From: Alphaproteobacteria bacterium
GTDB taxonomy: Bacteria; Pseudomonadota; Alphaproteobacteria; GCA-2731375
Length of the DNA stretch: 64,000 nucleotides
Direction: 5' to 3'
Assembly: GCA_965232515.1 (NCBI GenBank)
Contig: CBDDPY010000002.1
Span: 4,704,001 to 4,768,000 of the forward strand
Positions 9,690 to 19,634 of this stretch are shown here, piece after piece (position 1 is the first letter of the stretch; every line of letters starts with the position of its first letter). A program made the position numbers and the translations under genes. The notes under the pieces were generated by a model. It did not search any database. It saw only the letters and a program-made list of their open reading frames with translations, and was not told the DNA's origin.

Positions 9690-10556
9690 ATGACGATCAA
9701 AAGCGTTCTCGCTCTTGTCGATGATGACATACCTGATGTTCAGCGAACTCTGGGGATCGGGTTCGAACTGGCCCACCGATTTTCTGCCCAACTGACATGC
9801 TTGCACGTCAAGAGTAATCCCCTGACGAGCTTGCCTTACATTACAGAGGGTATGTCGCCCATGGCTGTCGAGGGGCTGGTCGATTCGCTGCGCCATCGGG
9901 ATGATGAGCGGGCATTACGCGCCCGCGAAGTTTTCAATAGCGTTGCAGACCGGTTTGGCCTTCCATCGGATTCGAAATCAACTGACGACGCTGCCGGGGC
10001 CCTTTGGGTCGAGGAGGTTGGCCCTGAGGGCGCCGTCGTCAGCGAACGTGCGCGCGTAAGCGATTTGGTTGTGCTGAGCCATGCGATCGAGAACCAGTCT
10101 GATAGCGCGCGCGAGATCTTAGATTCGACCCTGTTCGACTCGGGGGCCCCAGTGCTCCTTATCCCGACCGGTGAGCATGAGACACCCGGTCGTCGGATCG
10201 GCATCGGATGGAACAAGGGAACGCTGGCTTCACGTGCTGTACGAAATGCCATGCCATTCCTTGAGCAAGCCGACGAGGTCGTGATCTTTCAAGTCGAAAC
10301 CGGCGCTAAGAGCGGTCCGTCGGCAGAAGATCTGGCCGCGTTCCTTGCTCTTCATAACGTCGTCGCTAGTGTCCGCCGCTTGATCCCCGATCGCCTGAGC
10401 GTTGCCGAGCGGCTACTGACTGAGGCGGTGAAGTCGGGCCTCGACATGCTGGTCATGGGCGCCTATTCGCACAGCAGGCTTGCGCAGATGGTGCTTGGTG
10501 GCGTGACTCACAACATTTTGAGCCGTACCGAACTGCCTATTCTGATGTCGCACTGA
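9690..10556 (+). CDS. universal stress protein (tandem USP domains)
   Basis: N-terminal TIKSVL; DLVVL; C-terminal DMLVMGAYSHSRLAQMVLGGVT...PILMSH. Confidence 0.92.
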   Translation: MTIKSVLALVDDDIPDVQRTLGIGFELAHRFSAQLTCLHVKSNPLTSLPYITEGMSPMAVEGLVDSLRHRDDERALRAREVFNSVADRFGLPSDSKSTDDAAGALWVEEVGPEGAVVSERARVSDLVVLSHAIENQSDSAREILDSTLFDSGAPVLLIPTGEHETPGRRIGIGWNKGTLASRAVRNAMPFLEQADEVVIFQVETGAKSGPSAEDLAAFLALHNVVASVRRLIPDRLSVAERLLTEAVKSGLDMLVMGAYSHSRLAQMVLGGVTHNILSRTELPILMSH

Positions 10557-10725
10557 ATAACTGGGGATCGGGGCGCGGGCGTAGTTTTGATGCCTGTAAT
10601 GAGTCAGCCCCTATTTTCCATCGATTCCGATCGTTGGTTCTGACACTCCAGATGTCACGCGTTCGCGGCTTCACCACCATCTGATAGCCGACCCGAATAA
10701 AATCGCTTGCACTCCCGAGATCTGA

Positions 10726-10758
10726 ATTTCATCGTACTGTCATTAAAACTTCACAGAA
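10726..10758 (+). promoter_or_regulatory. Pho box (three 11-bp-spaced repeats)
   Basis: TTTCAT (10727), TGTCAT (10738) and CTTCAC (10749) at exact 11-bp spacing upstream of ugpB, a known PhoB-regulon gene. Confidence 0.75.
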
Positions 10759-10833
10759 CCCAATGACAAATTGGGTCAAGGCCTCGATCGCTATCCGGGG
10801 TCGACGTGCATTCAGTCAGGGAGGCTAGTCCTA

Positions 10834-12153
10834 ATGAAACGCATACGAATTGGTTTTGGTGCGGCTATTGCGTTGATCGGCCTCGGAGCGGCGCACGCGC
10901 ATGCCGCTGTCGAGGTGCAATGGTGGCACGCTATGGGCGGGCGCTTGGGCGAAAAGGTCAACGCGATTGCGGAGGGCTTTAACGCGTCCCAGCCCGATTA
11001 CAAAGTCGTGCCGGTCTACAAAGGCAACTATACGGAGACGATGACCGGCGCGATTGCGGCCTTTCGCGCAAAGCAGCACCCCCACATTGTCCAGGTGTTC
11101 GAAGTCGGCACCGCGACGATGATGGCTGCCAAAGGCGCAATCTACCCCGTTTACAAGCTGATGGCCGACGCCGGCGAGTCATTCGATCCGGAGGCCTATC
11201 TGCCTTCGGTGACGGGGTACTACACCGATACCGACGGCAACATGCTGTCGATGCCATTCAACAGCTCGACGCCGGTGCTGTACTACAACAAAGACGCGTT
11301 CAAGAAGGCGGGACTGGATCCGAATACGCCGCCGGCGACTTGGCCGGCATTGGGAGAGGCCGCAAAGAAGCTGCAGGCCGCCGGCTATGCTTGCGGGTTC
11401 ACCACGGGATGGCAATCGTGGGTGCAACTCGAGAATTTCAGCGCGTGGCACAACGTGGCGTTTGCATCCGAGTCGAATGGCTTCGCCGGATTGAACACTG
11501 AGCTGAAGTTCAACAGCCCCTTGCATGTGACCCATATCGGCCAGCTCGCCGAATGGCAGAAGTCGAAAATCTTCGACTATGGCGGCCGCCGATCAGACAG
11601 CGCGCCAAAGTTCTATAACCAGGAATGCACGATGTATATGAACTCGTCGGCCGCCTATGCCGGCGTGAGTTCCAACACCAAAGACTTTGAGTTCGGTGTC
11701 GGCAAGCTGCCCTACTGGCCAAGTGCCGACGGCGCGCCGCAGAATTCGATAATCGGCGGCGCCACGTTGTGGGTGCTTGCCGGTCATGATTCGGCTGAAT
11801 ACAAAGGAGTTGCGAAGTTCTTCAGCTACCTTTCTTCGGCCGCAGTGCAGGCCGATTGGCATCAGTTCACCGGCTATCTGCCGATCACTACGGCAGCTGC
11901 CGACCTGACCCGCGAGCAGGGATTCTACGACCAGAAGCCCGGCACCGACACGGCCATTAAACAGATGACGAACAAGGTGCCGACGGCCAACTCAAAAGGG
12001 CTGCGGCTCGGAAACTTCGTTCAGATTCGGGATGTCATCAACGAGGAACTCGAGGCGATCTGGTCGGGTCAGAAGACGGCCCAGGAAGGACTTGATGACG
12101 CGGTCGCCCGTGGCAACAAGCTTCTGCGATCGTTCGAGAAGGCCAATATGTAA
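10834..12153 (+). CDS. ugpB: sn-glycerol-3-phosphate ABC transporter substrate-binding protein
   Basis: WWHAMGG, VFEVGTATMM, PFNSSTP and PQNSIIGGATLW motifs; GGGAGG RBS. Confidence 0.95.
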   Translation: MKRIRIGFGAAIALIGLGAAHAHAAVEVQWWHAMGGRLGEKVNAIAEGFNASQPDYKVVPVYKGNYTETMTGAIAAFRAKQHPHIVQVFEVGTATMMAAKGAIYPVYKLMADAGESFDPEAYLPSVTGYYTDTDGNMLSMPFNSSTPVLYYNKDAFKKAGLDPNTPPATWPALGEAAKKLQAAGYACGFTTGWQSWVQLENFSAWHNVAFASESNGFAGLNTELKFNSPLHVTHIGQLAEWQKSKIFDYGGRRSDSAPKFYNQECTMYMNSSAAYAGVSSNTKDFEFGVGKLPYWPSADGAPQNSIIGGATLWVLAGHDSAEYKGVAKFFSYLSSAAVQADWHQFTGYLPITTAAADLTREQGFYDQKPGTDTAIKQMTNKVPTANSKGLRLGNFVQIRDVINEELEAIWSGQKTAQEGLDDAVARGNKLLRSFEKANM

Positions 12154-12243
12154 CTGAACAAGATGCGGTAGTCCGCATTTGCTTCGGACGGGGCCGTCGA
12201 TGTGCTCGGCGGTCCCGGTTCCGGAGCAGATCGGCAAGCCGAC

Positions 12244-13125
12244 ATGAAAAAGCGCATCGTCTTCAATCATCGGGTTCTGCCCTACCTGCTGCTTGCGCCG
12301 CAGATTCTGATCACCCTCGTGTTCTTTATCTGGCCGGCATCGCAGGCCCTCTATCAGTCACTGCTGATCGAGGATGCGTTCGGGCTGTCGACCCAGTTTG
12401 TTTGGTTTGAAAATTTCTCTGAACTCGTTGGTGACGAGTTCTATCTCAATTCGTTCAATGTGACGGTCATCTTCTCGGCCGCGACGGCATTTCTGGCGAT
12501 GTCGACATCGCTGTTGCTGGCGGTCATGGCCGACCGGATTATTAAGGGGGCAACGGGTTACAAGACGCTGCTAATCTGGCCGTACGCTGTTGCGCCGGCT
12601 GTCGCCGGCGTCTTGTGGTGGTTCATGTTCAACCCCTCGATCGGTGTCGCCGCCTACATCCTGCGGGTGTTCGGGTACGATTGGAACCACACGCTCGACG
12701 GCGGAGATGCGATGATCCTCATCATCATCGCCGCGGCGTGGAAGCAGATCAGTTACAATTTCCTGTTCTTCCTCGCCGGCCTGCAGGCAATACCCAAATC
12801 CCTGATCGAAGCGGCCGCCATCGATGGCGCATCGCCGCTCAAACGTTTCTGGACCATCGTTTTCCCACTGCTCTCGCCGACCACGTTCTTCCTGCTCGTG
12901 GTCAACGTCGTATACGCATTCTTCGACACGTTCGGTATCGTGCATGCCACCACCAGCGGCGGCCCGGCTAAGGCGACGGAGATCATGGTCTATAAGGTAT
13001 TCAACGACGGCTTCGTCGCATTGGATCTCGGTGGTTCGGCAGCGCAATCCGTTGTGCTGATGCTGATCGTCATCACCCTGACCGTGGTGCAGTTCCGCTA
13101 CATCGAACGACGGGTTGAATACTGA
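12244..13125 (+). CDS. ugpA: G3P ABC transporter permease
   Basis: [19 protein letters not shown] and [11 protein letters not shown] motif. Confidence 0.95.
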   Translation: MKKRIVFNHRVLPYLLLAPQILITLVFFIWPASQALYQSLLIEDAFGLSTQFVWFENFSELVGDEFYLNSFNVTVIFSAATAFLAMSTSLLLAVMADRIIKGATGYKTLLIWPYAVAPAVAGVLWWFMFNPSIGVAAYILRVFGYDWNHTLDGGDAMILIIIAAAWKQISYNFLFFLAGLQAIPKSLIEAAAIDGASPLKRFWTIVFPLLSPTTFFLLVVNVVYAFFDTFGIVHATTSGGPAKATEIMVYKVFNDGFVALDLGGSAAQSVVLMLIVITLTVVQFRYIERRVEY

Positions 13126-13973
13126 TGGTCGAGAACCGGCGATATCTCACCTACGTGGCGCACGTGACGTTGATCCTGGGCATTTTGATCGTTGCCTTTC
13201 CGATTTGGGTCACCTTCGTCGCCTCGACCCACGAGCCTCAGGACCTGCTGACATCGCCCGTGCCGATATGGCCGGGCGGGGCATTTCTGGACAATTATCG
13301 GAAGGTACTGGGCGTTGGACTGGAAGCCGCCGGCGGTGTGCCGGTCGGCACAATGATGTTCAATAGTCTGATCATGGCGTTGGCAATTACCATCGGCAAA
13401 ATCGCGATTTCCATCATCGCCGCCTACGCCATTGTTTATTTCGATTTCCCATTCCGCATGACGGCGTTCTGGTTGATCTTCGTAACGCTGATGTTGCCGG
13501 TCGAGGTGCGCATCCTGCCGACCTTCAAGGTCGTCGCCGATCTCGGCATGCTCAACAGCTACGCTGGATTGTCCGTGCCGCTAATCGCAAGCGCCACGGC
13601 GACCTTCCTGTTCCGACAGTTCTTCCTGACGGTTCCCGAAGAGTTGATGGAAGCGGCGCGCATCGACGGGGCCGGGCCAATCAAGTTTTTCCGTGATGTC
13701 CTGCTGCCGCTATCGCGCACCAACATCGCGGCGCTTTTCGTGATCCTGTTTATCTTCGGCTGGAACCAGTACCTCTGGCCTTTGCTGATCACAACTGACG
13801 AATCGTTCTACACGATCGTCATGGGCATTCAGCGCATGGTGACGGTCGCCGACGCCGAACCGCAGTGGCATCTGGTGATGGCGACAACCATGCTGGCGAT
13901 GCTGCCGCCCGTGGTCGTCGTAATCTTCATGCAGCAGCTGTTTGTCAAAGGTCTGGTCGAAGTCGAGAAATGA
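13125..13973 (+). CDS. ugpE: G3P ABC transporter permease
   Basis: TLMLPVEVRI, PLIASATATFLFRQFF, EAARIDGAGP. Confidence 0.95.
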   Translation: MVENRRYLTYVAHVTLILGILIVAFPIWVTFVASTHEPQDLLTSPVPIWPGGAFLDNYRKVLGVGLEAAGGVPVGTMMFNSLIMALAITIGKIAISIIAAYAIVYFDFPFRMTAFWLIFVTLMLPVEVRILPTFKVVADLGMLNSYAGLSVPLIASATATFLFRQFFLTVPEELMEAARIDGAGPIKFFRDVLLPLSRTNIAALFVILFIFGWNQYLWPLLITTDESFYTIVMGIQRMVTVADAEPQWHLVMATTMLAMLPPVVVVIFMQQLFVKGLVEVEK

Positions 13974-13997
13974 CGAACCGGGAGGCATGGGGGGCTC

Positions 13998-15086
13998 ATG
14001 GCTGACGTCCAATTGCGGGGGGTAAAGAAGGACTATCCAGGCGGCTTTCGCGCCATTCATGGCATTGACATGCACATCGCCGACGGCGAGTTCATCGTCA
14101 TCGTGGGGCCGTCGGGGTGTGGAAAGTCAACCCTCATGCGCATGGTGGCGGGGCTTGAGCGCGTCACGGAAGGCGACATCCTGATCGGTGAGCGCGTTGT
14201 GAACGAGGTCGAGCCGGCAGACCGCAACATCGCCATGGTGTTTCAAAACTACGCGCTCTATCCGCACATGACGGTATTCGACAACATGGCCTACGGGTTG
14301 CGGAATCGTCGGACGCCGAAACCCGAAATTGAAAAGCGCGTCGCGGCGGCGGCGGAGATACTCGAACTTCAGGGGTTGTTGGACCGTCGGCCGCGCCAGC
14401 TATCGGGCGGTCAGCGACAGCGCGTCGCGATGGGTCGGGCGATCGTCCGCGAGCCCTCGGTTTTCCTGTTTGATGAACCGCTGTCGAACCTGGATGCCAA
14501 GCTGCGGGTGCAGATGCGGCTGGAGATTAGGAAGCTGCATCAAACGCTCGGCGTGACCAGCATCTACGTGACGCATGATCAGGTCGAAGCCATGACATTG
14601 GCCGATCGTCTGGTAGTGATGAATGCGGGCATTGCTGAGCAGATCGGCACGCCGATGCAGGTCTACCGCCTGCCGGCCACAACGTATGTGGCTGGTTTCA
14701 TCGGCTCACCGGCGATGAATTTCATCTCCGCGCGCCTCGGCCCCGACGGGACCGATGTGGAGTTGCCGGCCGGCGGGCGGCTGCCGCTCTCGAACGGCGC
14801 GCTCGCTTCCCAGGCCGGTCGTGAGGTGACGTTGGGCATCCGTCCTGAGCATCTTACCGTCGCAGGTTCTAGCGAAGGCGTGGTCCAGCTCAATGTCGAG
14901 GTGATCGAGCAGCTTGGCGCCGATCTCCTGGTACACGGTCATTTCGGCAGCGACCGAACGGACGTCACCCTGCGCTTGGCCGGTTCGACACCTGTGAACG
15001 CTGGCGATGTCCTGCCCCTTGTCGCGGCGCCGGAGAGCCTTCATCTGTTCGACCGCGAAAACGGAAATCGATTACAGACGACCTGA
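13998..15086 (+). CDS. ugpC: G3P ABC transporter ATP-binding protein
   Basis: [17 protein letters not shown] and [12 protein letters not shown] motifs; position in the ugp operon. Confidence 0.93.
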   Translation: MADVQLRGVKKDYPGGFRAIHGIDMHIADGEFIVIVGPSGCGKSTLMRMVAGLERVTEGDILIGERVVNEVEPADRNIAMVFQNYALYPHMTVFDNMAYGLRNRRTPKPEIEKRVAAAAEILELQGLLDRRPRQLSGGQRQRVAMGRAIVREPSVFLFDEPLSNLDAKLRVQMRLEIRKLHQTLGVTSIYVTHDQVEAMTLADRLVVMNAGIAEQIGTPMQVYRLPATTYVAGFIGSPAMNFISARLGPDGTDVELPAGGRLPLSNGALASQAGREVTLGIRPEHLTVAGSSEGVVQLNVEVIEQLGADLLVHGHFGSDRTDVTLRLAGSTPVNAGDVLPLVAAPESLHLFDRENGNRLQTT

Positions 15087-15171
15087 CCCGCCAGTCGTTT
15101 CGACATGAGATGCGGCATCGCGATGTGTTGATCGCATAGCCGGTTCAACACCTGCTGTCCGGTGTATCCGT

Positions 15172-15200
15172 GGGCCCCGCTTCGGCGGGGCCCTTTTTTT
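15172..15200 (+). terminator. Rho-independent terminator
   Basis: GGGCCCCGC-ttcg-GCGGGGCCC followed by a T-run. Confidence 0.9.
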
Positions 15201-15273
15201 GTGCTTTCAGGGCTATCTTGACAAACCGGGCCGACAGCCGCCCGACATTTGGCCGCGTGGCGGTCCATTGCGA

Positions 15274-15302
15274 TTGACAGGCGACGGCGCAAAACATATG
15301 TG
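15274..15302 (+). promoter_or_regulatory. sigma70-like promoter for nhaA
   Basis: TTGACA-N17-TATGTG. Confidence 0.5.
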
Positions 15303-15387
15303 AGACGGAGAGGACGCCTGTTTCACGCCCACGCGTTGGACGGACAGGCGTTTTCGTTGTTTGCCGGTTGAAGGGGAGGTCAATCGA

Positions 15388-16611
15388 ATGCCGCTGACCG
15401 CGATTCGTGAGTTTCTTCGGCACGAGTCGGCCAGCGGACTAATTCTCCTCGCGGCCGCTGTGCTCGCGCTCATTCTCGATAACACCCCGCTGGCTTGGCT
15501 TTACGACAGCCTGCTGGCAACGCCGATGGCCGTGCAGGTCGGCCAGCTTGAAATCCACAAACCGCTGCTGCTGTGGATCAACGACGGCCTGATGGCCGTG
15601 TTTTTCTTCCTCGTCGGCCTTGAGATTAAGCGCGAGGTTCTCGAAGGCGAGTTGTCGTCCCGCGCCCAGATCGCCCTGCCCGGCATGGCGGCCATCGGTG
15701 GCATGGCGGTCCCGGCCGTCATCTACGCGGCGATCAATTGGGGTGACGACGTCGCGCTGCGCGGCTGGGCGATCCCGGCGGCGACGGATATCGCGTTTGC
15801 GCTCGGCATTCTATCGCTTGTCGGCGCGCGCGTGCCCATCGCATTGAAGATCTTTCTCTTGGCGCTGGCGATCCTGGATGACCTCGGCGCCATCGTTATT
15901 ATCGCGTTGTTCTATACGGCCGACCTGTCGACCGAGGCGTTGGCCCTGAGCGGTATCTGCCTTGTGGCGCTCGTCGTCATCAACCGCCTGGGGGTGATGC
16001 GTGTTGCGCCATATATTCTGATCGGCGCCGTCATGTGGGTATGCGTGCTGAAGTCAGGCGTGCATGCGACGCTCGCGGGCGTGGCCCTGGCGATGGCGAT
16101 CCCTCTGCGCACCAGGGGCCAGGCCAGCGTCGCGCCGTTGCGCGGGCTCGAACATATGTTGCATCCCTGGGTCGCCTATCTGGTGTTGCCCGCATTCGCG
16201 TTCGCGAACGCCGGCGTCTCGTTGTCGGGATTGTCGTTTGCCAGCTTGCTCGCGCCGGTACCATTAGGTATCGCGGCCGGTCTGTTCTTTGGCAAACAGC
16301 TCGGTATCCTGGGGTTCGTCCGGGCTGCGGTTTGGCTTGGCTTATGCCGCCTGCCGACCGGAGTCACCTGGCTGCAGCTTTATGGCGTCTCGTTGCTCGC
16401 GGGCATTGGCTTCACCATGAGCCTGTTCATCGGCACGCTCGCATTCGAGGATCCTTCCTTCGCGACCGACGTCCGGCTTGGCGTGCTCGGCGGTTCGACC
16501 CTCGCCGGCGTGCTCGGTTACATCGTGCTGCGTTTCGCCACCCGCCCCAGCCTGGCCGCCGGGCCCGCCGAAGCCAAGAAAATGCGGGAAGCCGGCGCCA
16601 ACCCCCATTGA
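15388..16611 (+). CDS. nhaA: Na+/H+ antiporter NhaA
   Basis: [62 protein letters not shown]. Confidence 0.96.
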   Translation: MPLTAIREFLRHESASGLILLAAAVLALILDNTPLAWLYDSLLATPMAVQVGQLEIHKPLLLWINDGLMAVFFFLVGLEIKREVLEGELSSRAQIALPGMAAIGGMAVPAVIYAAINWGDDVALRGWAIPAATDIAFALGILSLVGARVPIALKIFLLALAILDDLGAIVIIALFYTADLSTEALALSGICLVALVVINRLGVMRVAPYILIGAVMWVCVLKSGVHATLAGVALAMAIPLRTRGQASVAPLRGLEHMLHPWVAYLVLPAFAFANAGVSLSGLSFASLLAPVPLGIAAGLFFGKQLGILGFVRAAVWLGLCRLPTGVTWLQLYGVSLLAGIGFTMSLFIGTLAFEDPSFATDVRLGVLGGSTLAGVLGYIVLRFATRPSLAAGPAEAKKMREAGANPH

Positions 16612-16673
16612 CGCCAATGATTGTCCGCGTCTGTTGCCGCAGCGGCTAATCCATCTTGAAGCAAACGATACCG

Positions 16674-16832
16674 TCAGAGAATCCGCAGATGCTCGACAGC
16701 GTGCCTGATGGCATCGTCGCACCGCTGTCGGTCTGACACAGCATCGTCGCTCGGCGTTGCTCGTCCGGTGCCGATTTCATTTTCCAGGATGTCGCGCAGA
16801 TCCTGGAGTGCGTCGAGTGCGGCTTGAAGCAT
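16674..16832 (-). CDS. possible 52-aa helical small protein
   Basis: MLQAALDALQDLRDILENEIG...HAVEHLRIL; starts 15 bp after the stop of the co-oriented 16848 ORF and fills the gap. Confidence 0.35.
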   Translation of the reverse strand: MLQAALDALQDLRDILENEIGTGRATPSDDAVSDRQRCDDAIRHAVEHLRIL

Positions 16833-16847
16833 GATCGCTGTCCGATG

Positions 16848-17297
16848 TTACCGGGCTGGAGCGGACTGGCGGGTCAGATACGGCAAGCTGAGCCCGCCGG
16901 CCGACATTGCCTCGGCAATGGTCTGAACAAGCGCCCGCGACAGCGCTTGCGATGAGCGGGGCAGCAACCAGGCGAGGTGAAGAGAGGTCCGCCCCGGCAT
17001 TGCCGATTGCGCCGCCGCAATCGCCTGAAGAATCTGCCGCTCATCGGCCGTCGCCTGGGATTGGCATGGCGGACCCAGGCTGAGCTGCCGGCGGCCGTGC
17101 CGAGCCAGTTGATGCAACAATCTTCGCAGGGCGATGTGGGTCCGCGTGCCGCCGGTCTCGCCGACGACATCCCGCAGGGTATGCACGACGACCCGCGTGT
17201 CGCCGCAGGCGAACGCGCATCTGCGTAAGGACCATAGGAGAAGCCGCTCACCGTTGTCGAAAGCGAACGGTATCGGCTCAGGCTGGATCTGCGGCAT
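16848..17297 (-). CDS. hypothetical protein, paralogue of 17433-17933
   Basis: ERLLLWSLR...PCQSQATADERQIL...LAWLLP pattern. Confidence 0.7.
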   Translation of the reverse strand: MPQIQPEPIPFAFDNGERLLLWSLRRCAFACGDTRVVVHTLRDVVGETGGTRTHIALRRLLHQLARHGRRQLSLGPPCQSQATADERQILQAIAAAQSAMPGRTSLHLAWLLPRSSQALSRALVQTIAEAMSAGGLSLPYLTRQSAPAR

Positions 17298-17337
17298 CAA
17301 TTCGACTTCCGTCGGTCTTGGTCGGTAACAACATATT

Positions 17338-17356
17338 AATGCGAATGATTTGCAAT
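17338..17356. promoter_or_regulatory. Fur-like box
   Basis: AATGCGAATGATTTGCAAT, a 7-1-7 inverted repeat in an AT-rich divergent intergenic region. Confidence 0.65.
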
Positions 17357-17432
17357 CTCAAATCAGAAATGACATTCTCCCGATGCCGGTGTCCAACTCA
17401 CACTGGCGGGGCTCGTCAACGAAAGGTGCGAG

Positions 17433-17933
17433 ATGATGTCGCCAGGCTACGCGACGCTTGCGGTTCCGGAACTCGAGACCGCCGAGCAATTTACCCTTTG
17501 GGCGATTCGCTCATGGGTCGAAGCCCACAAAGCGTCGACAACGATATTCGACCGGCTGGCAAAGGGGTTCGATCTGGCGGGCGTGCCGGACGGGCTGTTC
17601 GCGCTGGACGAAATGCTATCGGTTATTGCCGCGTCGTCCTGTGTGCAGATCGATGTACGTTGCGTGCGTTGCCAGTCCATCGGCGATGGCGAAAGCGCGA
17701 TGCTGAAGATCCTCATCGCCGCTCAGGCTGGTCGCCTGACATCCGTACGCGATGGCTTCGCAAACTGGCTGCCGCCCGCGGCCGTTCGGCTGGCCGCCGA
17801 TGCCGCGCGCAGATTTGCCGCTTCGCTCTGGTCCGCGGGTATGGTTTTGCCCTCGCGCCAGCAGTTGCCCGTCGCCCTGCCACGGACATCGATCAGCCAT
17901 TGTCCTGATCCCGGCATCCGACTGCGCCAATAA
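17433..17933 (+). CDS. hypothetical protein, paralogue of 16848-17297
   Basis: EQFTLWAIR...RCVRCQSIGDGESAML...ANWLPP pattern. Confidence 0.75.
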   Translation: MMSPGYATLAVPELETAEQFTLWAIRSWVEAHKASTTIFDRLAKGFDLAGVPDGLFALDEMLSVIAASSCVQIDVRCVRCQSIGDGESAMLKILIAAQAGRLTSVRDGFANWLPPAAVRLAADAARRFAASLWSAGMVLPSRQQLPVALPRTSISHCPDPGIRLRQ

Positions 17934-17942
17934 CGGCGCCGA

Positions 17943-18251
17943 TCAGTCGTAGCCGAACAGCCAGCGCGTCGTGCCGGGGTGCGCGTTACGCACCGAGTGG
18001 TTGGCGCCGCGGGGAATGAACACCTCGTCTCCCGGCTCTGCCCGCACGGTCTCGCCGGCGACTTCTAGTTCCAAGGCGCCTTCGAGCACGGTCACCAACT
18101 CGTTGGTGGCGTGCACGAAGTCGTTCCATGCCTGGCCCGGCGGATCGACGAACTCGTGGCAGGAATAGCCGCGTGCCGCCCAGTCCCGTGCGACGGCATC
18201 GCGGTTCAGTGGCGTCGCGAACTTCGTCGCCGTGATCAGGTTTGTCATCAC
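17943..18251 (-). CDS. cupin domain protein
   Basis: FVHATNELVTVLEG...PGDEVFIPRGANHSV. Confidence 0.88.
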   Translation of the reverse strand: MMTNLITATKFATPLNRDAVARDWAARGYSCHEFVDPPGQAWNDFVHATNELVTVLEGALELEVAGETVRAEPGDEVFIPRGANHSVRNAHPGTTRWLFGYD

Positions 18252-18631
18252 GCCTCCAATCGTTCGACCCGCACCGCCGCGCCGGCCCGCACGTCGGCGA
18301 GCTTCCTTACGTCGTCCAGCGCGCGGCCCCAGATGTTGGTCGGCGCGGCCAGACGGATCTCATCGCCCTGGCTGATCGGCGTCGGTCCGAAGCCGATCGC
18401 GATGCTGTCGCCTTCCACCCAGAAGGCGAGCTCGCCAGCGTCGACGATGGCCCGGGCGTCGGCTTCCCGGTCCAGGCTCAGCGGCGTCGAGAAGTAGACC
18501 TCCTCGCCCCAGATCTGCGCCGAGGAGTCGAACGGTGATCCCTCGTAGATGGCGTCGGCCGTCGGTGTGTCGAACAACTCGGCCCGGATCTCGATGCCGC
18601 CAATGGTCATTTTCACGCGTCGCATGGTCAT
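18248..18631 (-). CDS. cyclophilin-like fold protein (DUF369/TM1367-like)
   Basis: TPTADAI...WGEEVYFSTP...GELAFW...IGFGPTP. Confidence 0.85.
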   Translation of the reverse strand: MTMRRVKMTIGGIEIRAELFDTPTADAIYEGSPFDSSAQIWGEEVYFSTPLSLDREADARAIVDAGELAFWVEGDSIAIGFGPTPISQGDEIRLAAPTNIWGRALDDVRKLADVRAGAAVRVERLEA

Positions 18632-19473
18632 CTCGCTTCCGCGCTCGCCGACTGAATATGCACGTCGCGTTGCGGAAATGGAATGCTGATGCCGGCCGCG
18701 TCCAGCCGCTCCTTCGACGCCCGCCGCAAGTCGAACAGCAGGTCCCAGTAATTGTCCCGATGGGTCCAGCAGCGCATGTTCACGTTGACCGAACTGTCGG
18801 CCAGCGCCATCACCATGACCTGCGGCGGCGGCTCCGCCAGGACCCGCTCGTCCTGCGTCAACACGTCCTTCAGCACCGAGAAGGCCGTTTCGATGTCGTC
18901 GCCATAGCTGATGCCGACCTCGTGGTCGATGCGCCGCGTCGGCAGCCGTGAATAGTTCAGGATCTGCCGGCTCCAGAGCTGCGAGTTCGGCACCGATCGA
19001 TAGACGCCATCGAAGGTCTGCATCTCGGTCAGGAACAGACCGATCTCCGTGACCGTGCCGGCGATGCCCTCGGCGTCGACATAGTCGCCGACCCGGAACG
19101 GCCGCAGGAACAGCAGCATGATGCCGGCGGCGATGTTCTGCAGCGTGCCCTGCAGCGCCAGGCCGATGGCGATGCCGGCCGCGCCCAGCATGGCGATAAT
19201 GCTGGCCGTCTGCACGCCGAACTGCGCCAGGACAGCGATGATCGTCAGCACCAGGACGACATAGCGGACGATGCTGCCCAGCAGCGGCTTGAGCGTCGCG
19301 TCGACCTGCGGCACCCGGTCCAGCCCCCGCCGCACCGCCCGCTGTGCCCAGCCGGCCACGATCCAGCCGACAATCAGGATGGCGAAGGCGCCCAGCACCT
19401 CCAGGCCATAGGTCACGGCCAGGTCGGTAATCCGGGCAACGGCCTGTTCGAGCTGCTTTTCCATTTCAGGCAT
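18628..19473 (-). CDS. mscS: small-conductance mechanosensitive channel
   Basis: LGAAGIAIGLALQGTLQNIAAG, RPFRVGDYV, ISIPFPQRDVH. Confidence 0.92.
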   Translation of the reverse strand: MPEMEKQLEQAVARITDLAVTYGLEVLGAFAILIVGWIVAGWAQRAVRRGLDRVPQVDATLKPLLGSIVRYVVLVLTIIAVLAQFGVQTASIIAMLGAAGIAIGLALQGTLQNIAAGIMLLFLRPFRVGDYVDAEGIAGTVTEIGLFLTEMQTFDGVYRSVPNSQLWSRQILNYSRLPTRRIDHEVGISYGDDIETAFSVLKDVLTQDERVLAEPPPQVMVMALADSSVNVNMRCWTHRDNYWDLLFDLRRASKERLDAAGISIPFPQRDVHIQSASAEAR

Positions 19474-19634
19474 GATCACGCACCCCCGTGACTGCTCGCG
19501 ATTGGTCGTCTCCGCTCGATAATTAGCAGCTATCGCCGTGGTCGTGCGCGGGAATAGGCCGACTCGCATGGACTCCGGTCGGGCGCTGCGGCATCATCAG
19601 CGCGCGTTAATATAGGGGTCCGGGGGCGCTGCGT

